From a virus, in IMG/VR virus record IMGVR_UViG_3300045988_131144, positions 14,352 through 78,351 of that record: DNA of 64,000 nucleotides, one strand, 5' to 3'. Shown in pieces: positions 10,246 to 20,002 of this stretch (the stretch's first letter is position 1; every line of letters starts with the position of its first letter). Made by a program: the position numbers and the translations under genes. A model generated the notes under the pieces. The model was not told the DNA's origin, did no database searches, and was given only the letters and a program-made list of their open reading frames with translations.

Positions 10246-10806
10246 ATGGCTTTTACTGAGAAAACCGCATTCCTTCCGAGAATGTGGAATAACCGCAACG
10301 ACGACCTGCAGAACATCGCGGGTAAGTTCGGCAGCCTCTCCGGCACGACCTTCACCCCCGCTGACTGCTCCGCAGGCTTCATCTGCAATAAGGGCGCACA
10401 CATGGCGACCGGCGGCTACCAGATGACCGCAGCCGCAGACGGCACTAAGGACGTTTACTTCTGCAATCCCGGTGACGTACAGCGCGGCACGATCGGCAAC
10501 GGTCTTTACGCAGAGGGGATCAACACTCTCGGCCTTGGCATCCCGTCCGGTGTACTGGACACCTTCTCCAAGGCGATCCCCGGGGAGACCTACGCTTTCG
10601 GCGAAGGCAACTTCTCCACCGCCGTAGACGCTACGACCAACATCTACGCCACCATCGTAAACGGACTGCTCGTCGGCACCAATGCCGCCCCCGCAGCCGG
10701 TTCTGGCATCTACTTTGAGCTCGATACGGGGCTCGGCATCGACGCCTGGACTGAGTCCAACTATAACGCGGGCAGCAGATTCAACATGCTGTGCCGCAAA
10801 GCATAA
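10246..10806 (+). CDS. hypothetical head protein (possible decoration protein)
   Basis: 186-aa Gly/Ala/Thr-rich ORF immediately upstream of the capsid-sized ORF. Confidence 0.4.
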   Translation: MAFTEKTAFLPRMWNNRNDDLQNIAGKFGSLSGTTFTPADCSAGFICNKGAHMATGGYQMTAAADGTKDVYFCNPGDVQRGTIGNGLYAEGINTLGLGIPSGVLDTFSKAIPGETYAFGEGNFSTAVDATTNIYATIVNGLLVGTNAAPAAGSGIYFELDTGLGIDAWTESNYNAGSRFNMLCRKA

Positions 10807-10826
10807 GGAAGGGAGGACGCACAACA

Positions 10827-12062
10827 ATGAATGAACTGCTGAAGTTTAACTCTGCCCTCGGCAACCTGACCAGCAAGCCGCTGTCGGGCGACGAGTACGC
10901 AGACCTTGTTACCCGCGGTAGGATTCTCGCTCTCGAGAAGGCTGGACGAGAGAAGAACAGAGCGCTCTCCGCCGCTGGTAAGCCCACGGAGGACTTTGCG
11001 TTTGCCTGCAACAGCGCAAAGGCTTTCGAGGAGCAGTGCCGCGAGTGGACTGATGACGTACTGTATTTTGCCGCTTCCAAGGCAAATTCCGTTGTCGGCA
11101 AGTCTACTGACCGCAATGATCGCAGCACTTTTGCCAATATGTCTCTCGCCACCGACCCCATCTTCCTCAAGGTCATGGCAACCATCATCGGGGCTACCTA
11201 CTACCCCGTAACTCCTGCCCTCATTTCCCCGCTGGTGGGTGAAATGGTTTCCGTGGAGACCACTCCCAAGGGCAAGACCAAGACCATCAACGTGACTTCC
11301 AACGCTGTGTTCCAGTACAGAGACACCTCTTGGACTGCTTTGCGCAGCGTGCCGCAGGATCAGCTCTACGGCAACACTATCACGCTCAACCCCAAGCCTT
11401 TTGCCACTCGCGGCGTTATCAACTTCTACCAGATGATTGGCAACGAGGGCAACCTCGTCGATACCGTCGCCGCAATGGCTGGCGGCTATGCGGCCTACAT
11501 CATGCAGAAGTTCACTACCGCCTTCACTGAGGTTGCGGGCAACACCAAGTATGTCCCCTCCGCTCTGAAAGCCACCAGCTACACGAGCAACAACTGGGCG
11601 ACCGTCTGCCAGAACGTTGCAAAGGCTAACCGTGTTCGCCGCGATCAGCTCATCGGCTACGGTGATTTCATGGCGCTGCGCAATGTCATCCCCGATACCA
11701 CCGGGCTTGCCAGCGCGATCATGTACCAGCTCGGCGATCAGTACTTCCGCAACGGCTACATAACCTCCAAGGATGGCGTGCTTCTCTACGAGATTCAGCC
11801 CACCTCCACGCCGGAGTCCATCAACACTACCCTGACCAGCATCTTCCCGACCGACATGATCATCATCGCTGCCCGCGCAAACGAGCGCTATGCACCTATG
11901 GTCATGTGCTTCGAGGAGGGCGCTGACACTCAGATCACCCTCACTCCGGGCGAGGACACCATCGCAACCGGCAGAATCGAGCTTCTGCAGGTCGACAGCG
12001 TCGATATCGCCCCCGTCCTGGCAAGCCGTATAGGCATCATCTCTGGCGTCACCAGCGCCTGA
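10827..12062 (+). CDS. putative major capsid protein
   Basis: 411 aa; ATG at 10827 behind a GGAAGGGAGGA RBS; size and position after the scaffold-like gene. Confidence 0.5.
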   Translation: MNELLKFNSALGNLTSKPLSGDEYADLVTRGRILALEKAGREKNRALSAAGKPTEDFAFACNSAKAFEEQCREWTDDVLYFAASKANSVVGKSTDRNDRSTFANMSLATDPIFLKVMATIIGATYYPVTPALISPLVGEMVSVETTPKGKTKTINVTSNAVFQYRDTSWTALRSVPQDQLYGNTITLNPKPFATRGVINFYQMIGNEGNLVDTVAAMAGGYAAYIMQKFTTAFTEVAGNTKYVPSALKATSYTSNNWATVCQNVAKANRVRRDQLIGYGDFMALRNVIPDTTGLASAIMYQLGDQYFRNGYITSKDGVLLYEIQPTSTPESINTTLTSIFPTDMIIIAARANERYAPMVMCFEEGADTQITLTPGEDTIATGRIELLQVDSVDIAPVLASRIGIISGVTSA

Positions 12063-12129
12063 TAATCCGCAAGCAGAGGAGGGACAACCTCCCTCCTCTG
12101 TCATCTGCCATGAAAGGAGAAATTGAGAG

Positions 12130-12777
12130 ATGGCAATGAGCGAAGAGCAGAAAAGAAAAATGGCCGAGGGCAGGAAGAAGAAAGCGGCTGAAAAGGCTGC
12201 TGAAGCTGCCAAGCCGAAGGAAGCGGAGAAGCCCGTAGAGCCTGTTGTACAGGAGGTATATGTCACTCCCAACGAGAAGATGGTGCAGTGCATCTACATT
12301 GACAGCGTTATCCCGAACAACGAGATCATCATCGGCAATGGTCGAAAGATAAGTGGCAGCGGACGAGTGTTCTCTGTTCCTCTAAGCGAGTTTGAGAGCA
12401 CGTTCATCACACCGCTGATAGCAAAACTCATCAAAACCCGAAGAATCATAGTGCTGGACGGCCTGACCGACGAGCAGAGAAGCCTTTATGACTGCGAGTA
12501 CGCCGAAAATGAAGTCATCCGCCGCGAGGGTGTTTTTGATTTCTTCTTCAAGAAAGAGATCCCCGAAGCCGCAGAGATATTCGGCAGCCTGTGCGCGGAG
12601 CATCAGGAGCTTGTAGCGGCGCGCTTCATGGATGCCTATCTGAACGATGGCAGCCCCCTCAAGCGGTATGTAAGCCGTGCCAGAGTCGTAGCGCTCAACA
12701 ATATATCTAAGGAAAAACACAACGGCGAGGGCATTTTCAAGCCCATGCTCGAAGCGCTGAATGCAGAAGATGTCTAA
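12130..12777 (+). CDS. hypothetical protein with Lys/Ala/Glu-rich N-terminus
   Basis: 215-aa ORF, AAAGGAG RBS. Confidence 0.5.
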   Translation: MAMSEEQKRKMAEGRKKKAAEKAAEAAKPKEAEKPVEPVVQEVYVTPNEKMVQCIYIDSVIPNNEIIIGNGRKISGSGRVFSVPLSEFESTFITPLIAKLIKTRRIIVLDGLTDEQRSLYDCEYAENEVIRREGVFDFFFKKEIPEAAEIFGSLCAEHQELVAARFMDAYLNDGSPLKRYVSRARVVALNNISKEKHNGEGIFKPMLEALNAEDV

Positions 12778-12795
12778 TCAGGAGGATGTTCCCAA

Positions 12796-13242
12796 ATGAA
12801 TGAAGTGGTCATTGCGATACTTGGCGGCAGCGCCGGGGCAGCCATTATAAATGGCGCATTCAAGCTTATTGAATTAGCGGCAAACAGAAAGGCGCAGAAA
12901 GCTGATAAAGCCGAAGCCAAGGCGGACAATGACAAGCTTCAGGATAGCGACATCGCAGAAATCAAAGAGGCCATTAAGTCCATCGGAGAGAAAATTAGCG
13001 AACTCGAAAAAAAAATCGCGGACGTGATGGCAGGCGAAAAGGAGTCCTTGGGCGACCGGGTCAAGCATCTGTGTGAGAAGTACGTCGAGCAGGGCTTCGT
13101 TTGGATGGATGACCTCGCAGACTTGAAGCGCATGCACGAAGTATACCACACCACCCTCAAAGGGAACGGCTTTTACGACGATGTCATGGCTAAAGTTGGG
13201 GACCTCCCAATCAGAGTAAAAGAAAGGAAGATACCAAAATGA
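12796..13242 (+). CDS. membrane-anchored coiled-coil protein
   Basis: N-terminal hydrophobic helix VVIAILGGSAGAAIINGAF followed by a charged coiled coil. Confidence 0.5.
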   Translation: MNEVVIAILGGSAGAAIINGAFKLIELAANRKAQKADKAEAKADNDKLQDSDIAEIKEAIKSIGEKISELEKKIADVMAGEKESLGDRVKHLCEKYVEQGFVWMDDLADLKRMHEVYHTTLKGNGFYDDVMAKVGDLPIRVKERKIPK

Positions 13243-13670
13243 TAGAAAACATGACCAATGCAGCAGTGGAAATTGCTGCCAATCTCATTACCCAGCTTGC
13301 GATCATAGCCCTGACCACCGCATTTGCGTGGCTCACGGCCAAGATAGGAAAGAACAAGCACCTTGAGAACATCAACGCCGCCAAGGATGAGCTGAAAGAT
13401 GCCGCCATCCAGACCGTAGGTGAACTGAATCAGCTCTTTGTTTCCGCTTGGAAAGAGACTCAGGGAGGCAAGCTCACGGAAGAGCAGGTTGTAAAACTCG
13501 GCGCAGAACTTGTTAATTTGACCCTTAAGAAGATGAGCGGCAGCGCAATAAAAGTCCTTGAAGCTGCCAGCATCGACCTTGAGACCTACATACACGGCGC
13601 AGCTGAGGACTGGATTGGAACCCTCAAAGGCAACGGCGTAGAGGTTGGCGTCATCACCGGCATTAAGTAA
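13239..13670 (+). CDS. LL-H-type holin-like membrane protein
   Basis: One N-terminal TM (ITQLAIIALTTAFAWLTA) plus a long amphipathic tail; this architecture resembles LL-H family holins. Confidence 0.35.
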   Translation: MIENMTNAAVEIAANLITQLAIIALTTAFAWLTAKIGKNKHLENINAAKDELKDAAIQTVGELNQLFVSAWKETQGGKLTEEQVVKLGAELVNLTLKKMSGSAIKVLEAASIDLETYIHGAAEDWIGTLKGNGVEVGVITGIK

Positions 13671-13701
13671 ATGAATTTTCCGAAAGCGAGGTGAGTTTTG
13701 A

Positions 13702-14391
13702 ATGAGCACAGCATGGGAACCAATCGAAACGCAGGCGATGACCTACATAAAAAACGATTTGTCCCTTGATTGGGACATGAAGAACCGCCTCGCTGTTTTC
13801 TACAACCGCATGGCGGCGTACATGGATTGGGCTATTCCCCTTTTCAACCGTCCGCCTGAAATGCTGCTGAAACTGCGAGACGTTACCGCACCGGATTTTG
13901 AGGATGTCGACTACACCCCCACGGCAGAGCAGGAAGCACCCGTGACGATACAAACAGGACTCACCGGCTTCGACATCTGCTCATGCGGACTTATGGGCAA
14001 AGATCAGTTTGGAAATGTGACCTACTCCCCTGTTTCCTGTGTTTACTCCGCTGAGACCGGCGACGTTGTTGTGAACATCGACCTATCCCCGGACGATACA
14101 TTGTCCATCAACTTTTATAAAAGCGGCGAGTTTGCCGCAGACCTCAGCCGGACGGAGCAGACCATACTCGCCTATGCGATATACGCGGCGTGGGAGCACC
14201 GCTTCGACAACAACGCCATAGAGCGCACATCCAAGATACGCGACAGCTCTTTCACGACGATAAGCGAGGCTTCACAGACGAACGCCAACACCGCGCGGCA
14301 GAAAGAGGTCATGCAGCAGTTCTACGGCATGCTCCGCCACTACGAGGAGAACAGAAACTACATAGCAACTGTTCTCAGCACAAATCTTTGA
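13702..14391 (+). CDS. hypothetical structural protein
   Basis: 229-aa ORF in the head-tail joining region. Confidence 0.5.
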   Translation: MSTAWEPIETQAMTYIKNDLSLDWDMKNRLAVFYNRMAAYMDWAIPLFNRPPEMLLKLRDVTAPDFEDVDYTPTAEQEAPVTIQTGLTGFDICSCGLMGKDQFGNVTYSPVSCVYSAETGDVVVNIDLSPDDTLSINFYKSGEFAADLSRTEQTILAYAIYAAWEHRFDNNAIERTSKIRDSSFTTISEASQTNANTARQKEVMQQFYGMLRHYEENRNYIATVLSTNL

Positions 14392-14407
14392 TAAGAGGAG
14401 GCGGGGC

Positions 14408-15721
14408 ATGAATCTGAACAAACTGGCGCGAAACGCCGGGATGGTCGGCGGATGCGACTACGCCCCGCTGACAAACGAGTGGATGCACTCGCAGGGGCTG
14501 CAAAAGCAGTATTTCACCCATCCGACGCAGGCTAATGCCGTAGACGTTGGTGATCTCGCAGACAATGTATTCAACACAGCATGTCAGGGAGTAGATACAT
14601 CCAAAGACTGGTACGAATACACGCCCATCCAGATCCGCTCGACCTTTGCATCTTCCTCCGCCACGGGCGAATTGCAGCCGGACGACTGGCAGCGTATCTA
14701 TATCATCCAACCCGCAGGACTGACTTATATCCCCATCGGCTCTTACATGCAATATGCCAACAACTGGTGGATCGTCTACAAGCCCAACAACATGGGGCTT
14801 GGAATAGGTCAGGCTGTTGTGCGGCGCTGCAACGCCGTCATTAATGTCCTCGACTACTACGGCAACGTCATTTCTATCCCCATGAGCTACGCCAAGATGG
14901 GCACTCTCGGCAACGCAAGCCATGCAACGGAGAACAGTATCACAGCGAAGAACTATATCTCCTGCGTGTGTCAGCTCAACAAATACTCCAAGAGCTTTGT
15001 TGAGAACACACGGCTCCTGCTGGGCAATATGTCCTACGCAATGCGAGGCGTGAACAACTTCACGCGCGAATTTACGAACGAAGCCGACAGCGTACATATC
15101 ATCACATTCACGATAGAGCTGACAGAGCCGCTGCCGCAGGACGACTTTGAACGCGGAGTAGCTGACGGGCTTGCGTTCAACTGGCAGATCTCCGTGACCG
15201 CAGACAAGAGCATGAACGCCGGTTCAACACAAACATTGGCCGTAAAAAGCATCAGGAACGGCGAGAGCGTTGTTTCTACTGCCGAGAACCCCATTACCTA
15301 TGTATTTACATCATCTGACACAAACGTGCTCACAGTGGATGAAAACGGGCTTGTAAAGGCTGTTGGAGAAGGCTCTGCGACAGTAACCGTTACGCTTGCT
15401 CAAAATCCGGACGTTGCGCAGACCGTGGACATCACTGTTGCCGCTGTTGGCGAAGGCTACGTCGCCTTTACCAGCACTCCCCTGACAGCGCTTCACTCTC
15501 TTGAAACTGCCGAGATAAGCGCAGTTTGGTTCGAGAACGGTACTGCAACAGACGATGTTGTCACTTTCAGTTTTTCGGGAGCTGATGAGGACGCATACAG
15601 CGCAGACGTGCGCGGCAATAAGGCAACACTCACCTGCTACGGGCTTTCAGATAAGCCACTGATAGTGACAGCCACGCGCGAAGACAGTACCGCTCAAATG
15701 AGCATAGAACTTTTGGATTGA
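14408..15721 (+). CDS. structural protein with C-terminal Ig-like (Big_2-type) repeats
   Basis: C-terminal TVDENGLVKAVGEGSATVTVTL and a second Ig-like repeat. Confidence 0.55.
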   Translation: MNLNKLARNAGMVGGCDYAPLTNEWMHSQGLQKQYFTHPTQANAVDVGDLADNVFNTACQGVDTSKDWYEYTPIQIRSTFASSSATGELQPDDWQRIYIIQPAGLTYIPIGSYMQYANNWWIVYKPNNMGLGIGQAVVRRCNAVINVLDYYGNVISIPMSYAKMGTLGNASHATENSITAKNYISCVCQLNKYSKSFVENTRLLLGNMSYAMRGVNNFTREFTNEADSVHIITFTIELTEPLPQDDFERGVADGLAFNWQISVTADKSMNAGSTQTLAVKSIRNGESVVSTAENPITYVFTSSDTNVLTVDENGLVKAVGEGSATVTVTLAQNPDVAQTVDITVAAVGEGYVAFTSTPLTALHSLETAEISAVWFENGTATDDVVTFSFSGADEDAYSADVRGNKATLTCYGLSDKPLIVTATREDSTAQMSIELLD

Positions 15722-15732
15722 GGTGAAATCCC

Positions 15733-16017
15733 ATGAAGTACGAATGTACCCACGCTCGCGAGGCAGACGGCATCCCTTACATAATCTGTGACCAAGAACC
15801 AATGCCCTCCGCCGTGGATAAACAGAATCTGTATCATTCGCTTTGCCCCTATCAGCGTTTTTGTGGGCAGAAAAGATGCGCAGTGCTGCTCCCTGAATGG
15901 GTGCGTTGCAAGAAAAACGCCGCTGATAAGCCGCAGGAGAGCGCAGGGAAGCCGGTAGTCGCTAAAGCGGGCGCGGATACCCTCGCAAAGAAAAGCGTGC
16001 AGAAACGCCGCAAATAA
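15733..16017 (+). CDS. Cys-rich small protein with Lys-rich tail
   Basis: 94-aa ORF. Confidence 0.45.
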   Translation: MKYECTHAREADGIPYIICDQEPMPSAVDKQNLYHSLCPYQRFCGQKRCAVLLPEWVRCKKNAADKPQESAGKPVVAKAGADTLAKKSVQKRRK

Positions 16018-16043
16018 GCTTTAACGCCAAAGGAAAAGGAGAA

Positions 16044-16637
16044 ATGACGATGGCGATCACGATAACAGAAGAAATGCTGAGAAATGCTGACGACTATCTC
16101 AGCTTGGCGCAGAAAGAGGGCATGGCAAAGTATTTTGCCATCGCTTGTGTTGAGGAAACGAAATCTGTTGGCGGGGATATGCTCCCGCCGCTGCTGAAAG
16201 AGCGCTTCGGCTTGAAGCAACAGTACCTTATGGGCGTCCTCGCCCAGCTTTATCTTCATCAGGATTTTGAAAAGCAGAAAGTTTCGTACATTGATGGCAA
16301 AAAGACTGCCGGTGTTCTCGATGCCTGCATGAGCGAGGAAGCCTACGACGAGTGGGCGCAGAGCCATGTTTTCTCGCAAATGAACCGCTTTGTGCGCCGC
16401 CATGACAACGATCTTTCGGACAAGGCTTATGAAATTATGAACGATTTCAAGACGTTCTCCATGATGCTTAATGACAGCATACATGCGTTGATAGAGCAGA
16501 ACAACGACCCTGTGGGGCGTGTAGTGAAAGTTCTGTCCGCGGCTATCACGCCGGAGGTCACTCAAGAAATCCTCGCGCAGTTGGAGGAGGTCAAAGGCAT
16601 GGCAGAGCAGATTCAGGAGGAGAAAGAAAATGCCTGA
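16044..16637 (+). CDS. hypothetical structural protein
   Basis: 197-aa ORF. Confidence 0.5.
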   Translation: MTMAITITEEMLRNADDYLSLAQKEGMAKYFAIACVEETKSVGGDMLPPLLKERFGLKQQYLMGVLAQLYLHQDFEKQKVSYIDGKKTAGVLDACMSEEAYDEWAQSHVFSQMNRFVRRHDNDLSDKAYEIMNDFKTFSMMLNDSIHALIEQNNDPVGRVVKVLSAAITPEVTQEILAQLEEVKGMAEQIQEEKENA

Positions 16638-17292
16638 CTGGATAGGCGCGCTGCCCTCCACAGATAGTCCCTACTACCCCTATACGAAGGTTGTAGCGGG
16701 CAACACGATGGAAGGAGCCGAAGAGATCCCGTACAGGTTGATGAAATACCTGATGGACTTGCCGTCGCGCGGCTATACGCCGCCCTCTGATAACAGTTTT
16801 CCGAGGGCGAGGCTCAAGAAGCTTCTGTATTGGGACGGCGCAAAGCCGCTTGAACAGCCGCTTCCGACGCCGCAGCAAATCAAGGCGATTCAATTTGACC
16901 CACTGCACCCAGCAGACCCTCCTGATGCAGAACGCGGATACAGAATCTTCCCACAGGAACTCGTCAGGCAGAGTCAGGATACGGCGCAGAGCGTTTTGAG
17001 AATCTATCTCGGCCCCGCAAACCGCATCCAACAGAAAAACACCTACGTTTTTCGACAGACCATCATCTATTGCATCATGTGCAACTACGGCATTGAAGCA
17101 AACATGCAGGTGATGGGAAATTCAAGGTCTTACGCCATAGTACAGGCGATTCTTGAAGCCACTGAAGGTGTGAACTTCGGCGGGGTCGGCTCGCTGAACA
17201 CCTACCAGATCACGAAGTTCGACGATGAGCGTGTGAACACCGGCTACAAGATTTATCAGTACATCGACTGGAACGGCGATGACAACATCTAA
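16630..17292 (+). CDS. hypothetical structural protein
   Basis: 220-aa ORF overlapping the upstream stop. Confidence 0.5.
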   Translation: MPDWIGALPSTDSPYYPYTKVVAGNTMEGAEEIPYRLMKYLMDLPSRGYTPPSDNSFPRARLKKLLYWDGAKPLEQPLPTPQQIKAIQFDPLHPADPPDAERGYRIFPQELVRQSQDTAQSVLRIYLGPANRIQQKNTYVFRQTIIYCIMCNYGIEANMQVMGNSRSYAIVQAILEATEGVNFGGVGSLNTYQITKFDDERVNTGYKIYQYIDWNGDDNI

Positions 17293-17316
17293 AGGCATAC
17301 ACGCCGAGGAGAAAAT

Positions 17317-18114
17317 ATGCAAGGCGTTAATAAATATGCAAATGAAGTCCGAGAAAACAAAGAAATCGAGTTTAACGGACTGACATTTTACCCGCTGACG
17401 GTGCGCGACTTTCCCCTGTATCGAAGCGCAGCCGCCGCATTTGAACTTATGCAATCCTCATTGCCGCCAAAGTTTGCCCGCCTGTCATGGTGTCAGTGCC
17501 TTGACGAAATGGACAAGCTCGGCAACGGCAGTCCTTTCTTGGAACCAGTTCTCAATGTTGTAGCAAAAGCGTTGAGGCTCGAAAGAATCAAACTGCCTGA
17601 CGGCGCATACGGGTATCAGCTTTCCACCCTGCGGAAAGAGGGCACTCTTATGGGAATTTACATCAGGGAGCACGAAACTGTTCTGACCATCCAGATGATG
17701 GATGAGGTACGGCAGATAATTGCCGCCCAAAACGACTATCAGCTTCCGGACGAAAAATGGAACCCGGAACTGGTCGCGGCAGAGCAGTACCTAAACAGCC
17801 AAAATATGCCGAAGCTCGATATTGAGATCGAGGCGTGGGTCTATTCCGTAGCCGCGAATGTGGGAAAAGATGCGGACGAGCTATGGGATTGGCCGATACG
17901 CAAATTCAGAGGATTTGACAGAGCAATCGACAGAACCCTCGGTTACCAAATCTACACGTTGGCTCAAGCGGTCGGGCTCACGAAGTTTGAAAAAGGCGCG
18001 CCTTATCCGACGTGGAAATTCGACAGGATTTCGGAGCTGCCTGCCGGATTCAAGACACTGACACAGCTCGAAGCCAAGGCAAAGGGGCAACTCCCTGAGC
18101 CGATGTCACAATAA
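17317..18114 (+). CDS. hypothetical structural protein
   Basis: 265-aa ORF. Confidence 0.5.
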   Translation: MQGVNKYANEVRENKEIEFNGLTFYPLTVRDFPLYRSAAAAFELMQSSLPPKFARLSWCQCLDEMDKLGNGSPFLEPVLNVVAKALRLERIKLPDGAYGYQLSTLRKEGTLMGIYIREHETVLTIQMMDEVRQIIAAQNDYQLPDEKWNPELVAAEQYLNSQNMPKLDIEIEAWVYSVAANVGKDADELWDWPIRKFRGFDRAIDRTLGYQIYTLAQAVGLTKFEKGAPYPTWKFDRISELPAGFKTLTQLEAKAKGQLPEPMSQ

Positions 18115-18130
18115 CAAGGAGTGATACATA

Positions 18131-19255
18131 ATGTATTCTTTCAACCCTCAGTATGAGTTTTCCAAGGGAATCGTGTACTTTGAGGCGTTCGATGTCGCTA
18201 CCGACGATCTTGTCGGCTTCTCCAAGTACGTAACCGACTTTTCTCCCGCGGGCAGCATGAATGACGGCGCAGTTGAAGGCGGCCCCGGCAACATGCTTAT
18301 CATCAACATTCCCGACACCTCCCGTCTGACCTTCACGGCCAAGACCGCCGATTCCGCGCTGAACAACATGGCGCTGACTATCGGCCAGAGCCTGACCGGC
18401 AACGGCGTCGTTGAGACCTCGAGGCCCGTTGTAGCAAGCGGTGCGGCGCTGACCATAACCGGTGCTGTGGCTCCCCTTGGCGGTCAGAACGGAGCTGTGG
18501 CCTACATTCTCGGCTCTACCGGCAATGACAAGGACACGGTGGCAGCAAACAGCGGCAAGGCTTACAAGGTTGGCAGCGACGGTACCATTCAGGGATTCAC
18601 CGCTGTTTCCGGCAACACCTACTGCGTGAAGTATTTCGTGCAGAACAGCTCCGCCCTGCAGCTCGCAGTTCCTGCGCTGTTCCAGCCGAAAGTCGTCCGC
18701 GTTCACTTTGCGGTCAACATTTACGCCAAGAACGGCGGCGGCGATGCGAAGAACTCTTCCCTCTTCAAGATTCGCCACTACTACATCCCCTACTACTTCT
18801 TCACCGGCGCACTGTCCGACACCATCAACCAGACCACTCCTGGTTCTGTTGACCTGTCCGGCAACTGCCTGACCGCTGATGAAGTCGGCACCGATGTCTG
18901 CGCAAGCAACGCCATGCCAAACTACTGCTACATCGTTGACGAGTTCGTCTCCGGAACTTCCACCGGTTCCGTCGAGGGCATCTACTTCGTCGGCGCTGGC
19001 GCAGGTGTCTCTGTGGCAAACGGCGAGACCACCGAGCTTGTCGCCAAGTACGACGTTGCCGGTACGCTCACCAACATCTCTGACATGAGCGAGGTCACCT
19101 TCTCTACCGCAGCAGAGGCAACTGCGAAGTTCAACGACCCGCACTCTCCTGTGCTGACCGGCGTAGTTGCTGGCACTACCACGGCCACTGTCACCGTGAC
19201 CAACAGCATTTCCAAGGTGACTTACACCGACACCATCCCCGTAACCGTCACCTAA
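18131..19255 (+). CDS. putative major tail protein with C-terminal Ig-like domain
   Basis: 374 aa; C-terminal TGVVAGTTTATVTVTNSISKVTYTDTIPVTV is Ig-like; lies upstream of the tape measure. Confidence 0.5.
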   Translation: MYSFNPQYEFSKGIVYFEAFDVATDDLVGFSKYVTDFSPAGSMNDGAVEGGPGNMLIINIPDTSRLTFTAKTADSALNNMALTIGQSLTGNGVVETSRPVVASGAALTITGAVAPLGGQNGAVAYILGSTGNDKDTVAANSGKAYKVGSDGTIQGFTAVSGNTYCVKYFVQNSSALQLAVPALFQPKVVRVHFAVNIYAKNGGGDAKNSSLFKIRHYYIPYYFFTGALSDTINQTTPGSVDLSGNCLTADEVGTDVCASNAMPNYCYIVDEFVSGTSTGSVEGIYFVGAGAGVSVANGETTELVAKYDVAGTLTNISDMSEVTFSTAAEATAKFNDPHSPVLTGVVAGTTTATVTVTNSISKVTYTDTIPVTVT

Positions 19256-19264
19256 ACCAAAACA

Positions 19265-19290
19265 AAGCCCCCGGCGCAAGTCGGGGGCTT
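19265..19290 (-). terminator. hairpin whose U-tract lies on the minus strand
   Basis: AAGCCCCCG/CGGGGGCTT stem. Read on the minus strand it is followed by TTTGTTTTGG; read on the plus strand there is no T-run. Confidence 0.45.
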
Positions 19291-19350
19291 ATCCAAGACA
19301 GATGAATGATTCTTTCAACAAGGGCTTATTCCTGTGTTTTGGAGGGCAAT

Positions 19351-19779
19351 ATGAGCGTCTTACAAGATTATTTGCAGATTCGCGGATTGATAGATTCGGC
19401 CATTGAAAATGCACTAAGAGACAGCGTTGCTGATGGGCTAAAAGAAGCAATACAGAAAAAGGCAAAAGAAAATGTCTACAGCTACCCCGCGTCTCCCTCC
19501 GCAATGTACAAGCGGCGCGAAGAAAATGGAGGCCTCATTGATGACACGACCATGCTGACCACCGTCGATGGATTGACACTGACACTGGAAAACACAGCAG
19601 AGCCGCAGAACGCCGACGGCATTGATCTCACCCCAATCGTCGAGGAGGGCGATCCTGCTTGGCATCAGCCCTTTGCTCGTCCCTTTATGGATGAAGCGCG
19701 AGACGAATACGTGGACGATGGAAAAGCCGACAGCGACATTGCAAAAGAACTAAAAGCTATGGGATTTACGGTTTCTTAG
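19351..19779 (+). CDS. hypothetical tail-module protein
   Basis: ATG at 19351 behind a GGAGGG RBS; acidic 142-aa product; ORF is open from 19306. Confidence 0.5.
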   Translation: MSVLQDYLQIRGLIDSAIENALRDSVADGLKEAIQKKAKENVYSYPASPSAMYKRREENGGLIDDTTMLTTVDGLTLTLENTAEPQNADGIDLTPIVEEGDPAWHQPFARPFMDEARDEYVDDGKADSDIAKELKAMGFTVS

Positions 19780-19933
19780 GCGGATTTGCAGGCTTTGGAG
19801 AGGATTTTTTCTTGGCTTTTGAGGACTTATCAGTTCGCAGCATGGCAGCAAGCGCCCACTGCTGGCCGAGAGACATACCTCCTTGACCTTGTGCGAAGGC
19901 TTGAGCAGCCATCTGGGATTCATCCCAATTCAT
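19766..19933 (-). CDS. antisense-oriented small protein (55 aa) with Lys/Pro-rich tail
   Basis: Hand-translated MNWDESQMAAQAFAQGQGGMSLGQQWALAAMLRTDKSSKAKKKSSPKPANPPKKP; GGGAG RBS 9 nt upstream; own promoter. Confidence 0.4.
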   Translation of the reverse strand: MNWDESQMAAQAFAQGQGGMSLGQQWALAAMLRTDKSSKAKKKSSPKPANPPKKP

Positions 19934-19946
19934 GATATCAACTCCC

Positions 19947-19975
19947 TTCTATATAGATTATACACTATGCGCCGT
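19947..19975 (-). promoter_or_regulatory. sigma-A-type promoter TTGCAA-N17-TATAAT on the minus strand
   Basis: Minus strand reads TTGCAA CATAACGGCGCATAGTG TATAAT; -10 at 19947-19952, -35 at 19970-19975. Confidence 0.55.
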
Positions 19976-20002
19976 TATGTTGCAAGCGGAGGTTAACACT
20001 GA

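Noticed and set aside
9850-12293. Long minus-strand ORFs (325 aa at 9850-10827, 510 aa at 10761-12293) antisense to the scaffold and capsid genes
   Set aside because: They are Gly/Ala/Arg/Val-rich low-complexity translations typical of antisense frames in GC-rich coding DNA. They have no RBS and conflict with a coherent plus-strand structural operon.
18050-19279. 409-aa minus-strand ORF antisense to the major tail gene
   Set aside because: Same antisense low-complexity signature; the plus-strand ORF has an Ig-like domain and proper context.
19306-20002. Programmed -1 frameshift tail-chaperone (G/GT) arrangement upstream of the tape measure
   Set aside because: I found no slippery heptamer or overlapping extension frame at the end of the 19351-19779 ORF. 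The gap is instead occupied by an oppositely oriented promoter and ORF.
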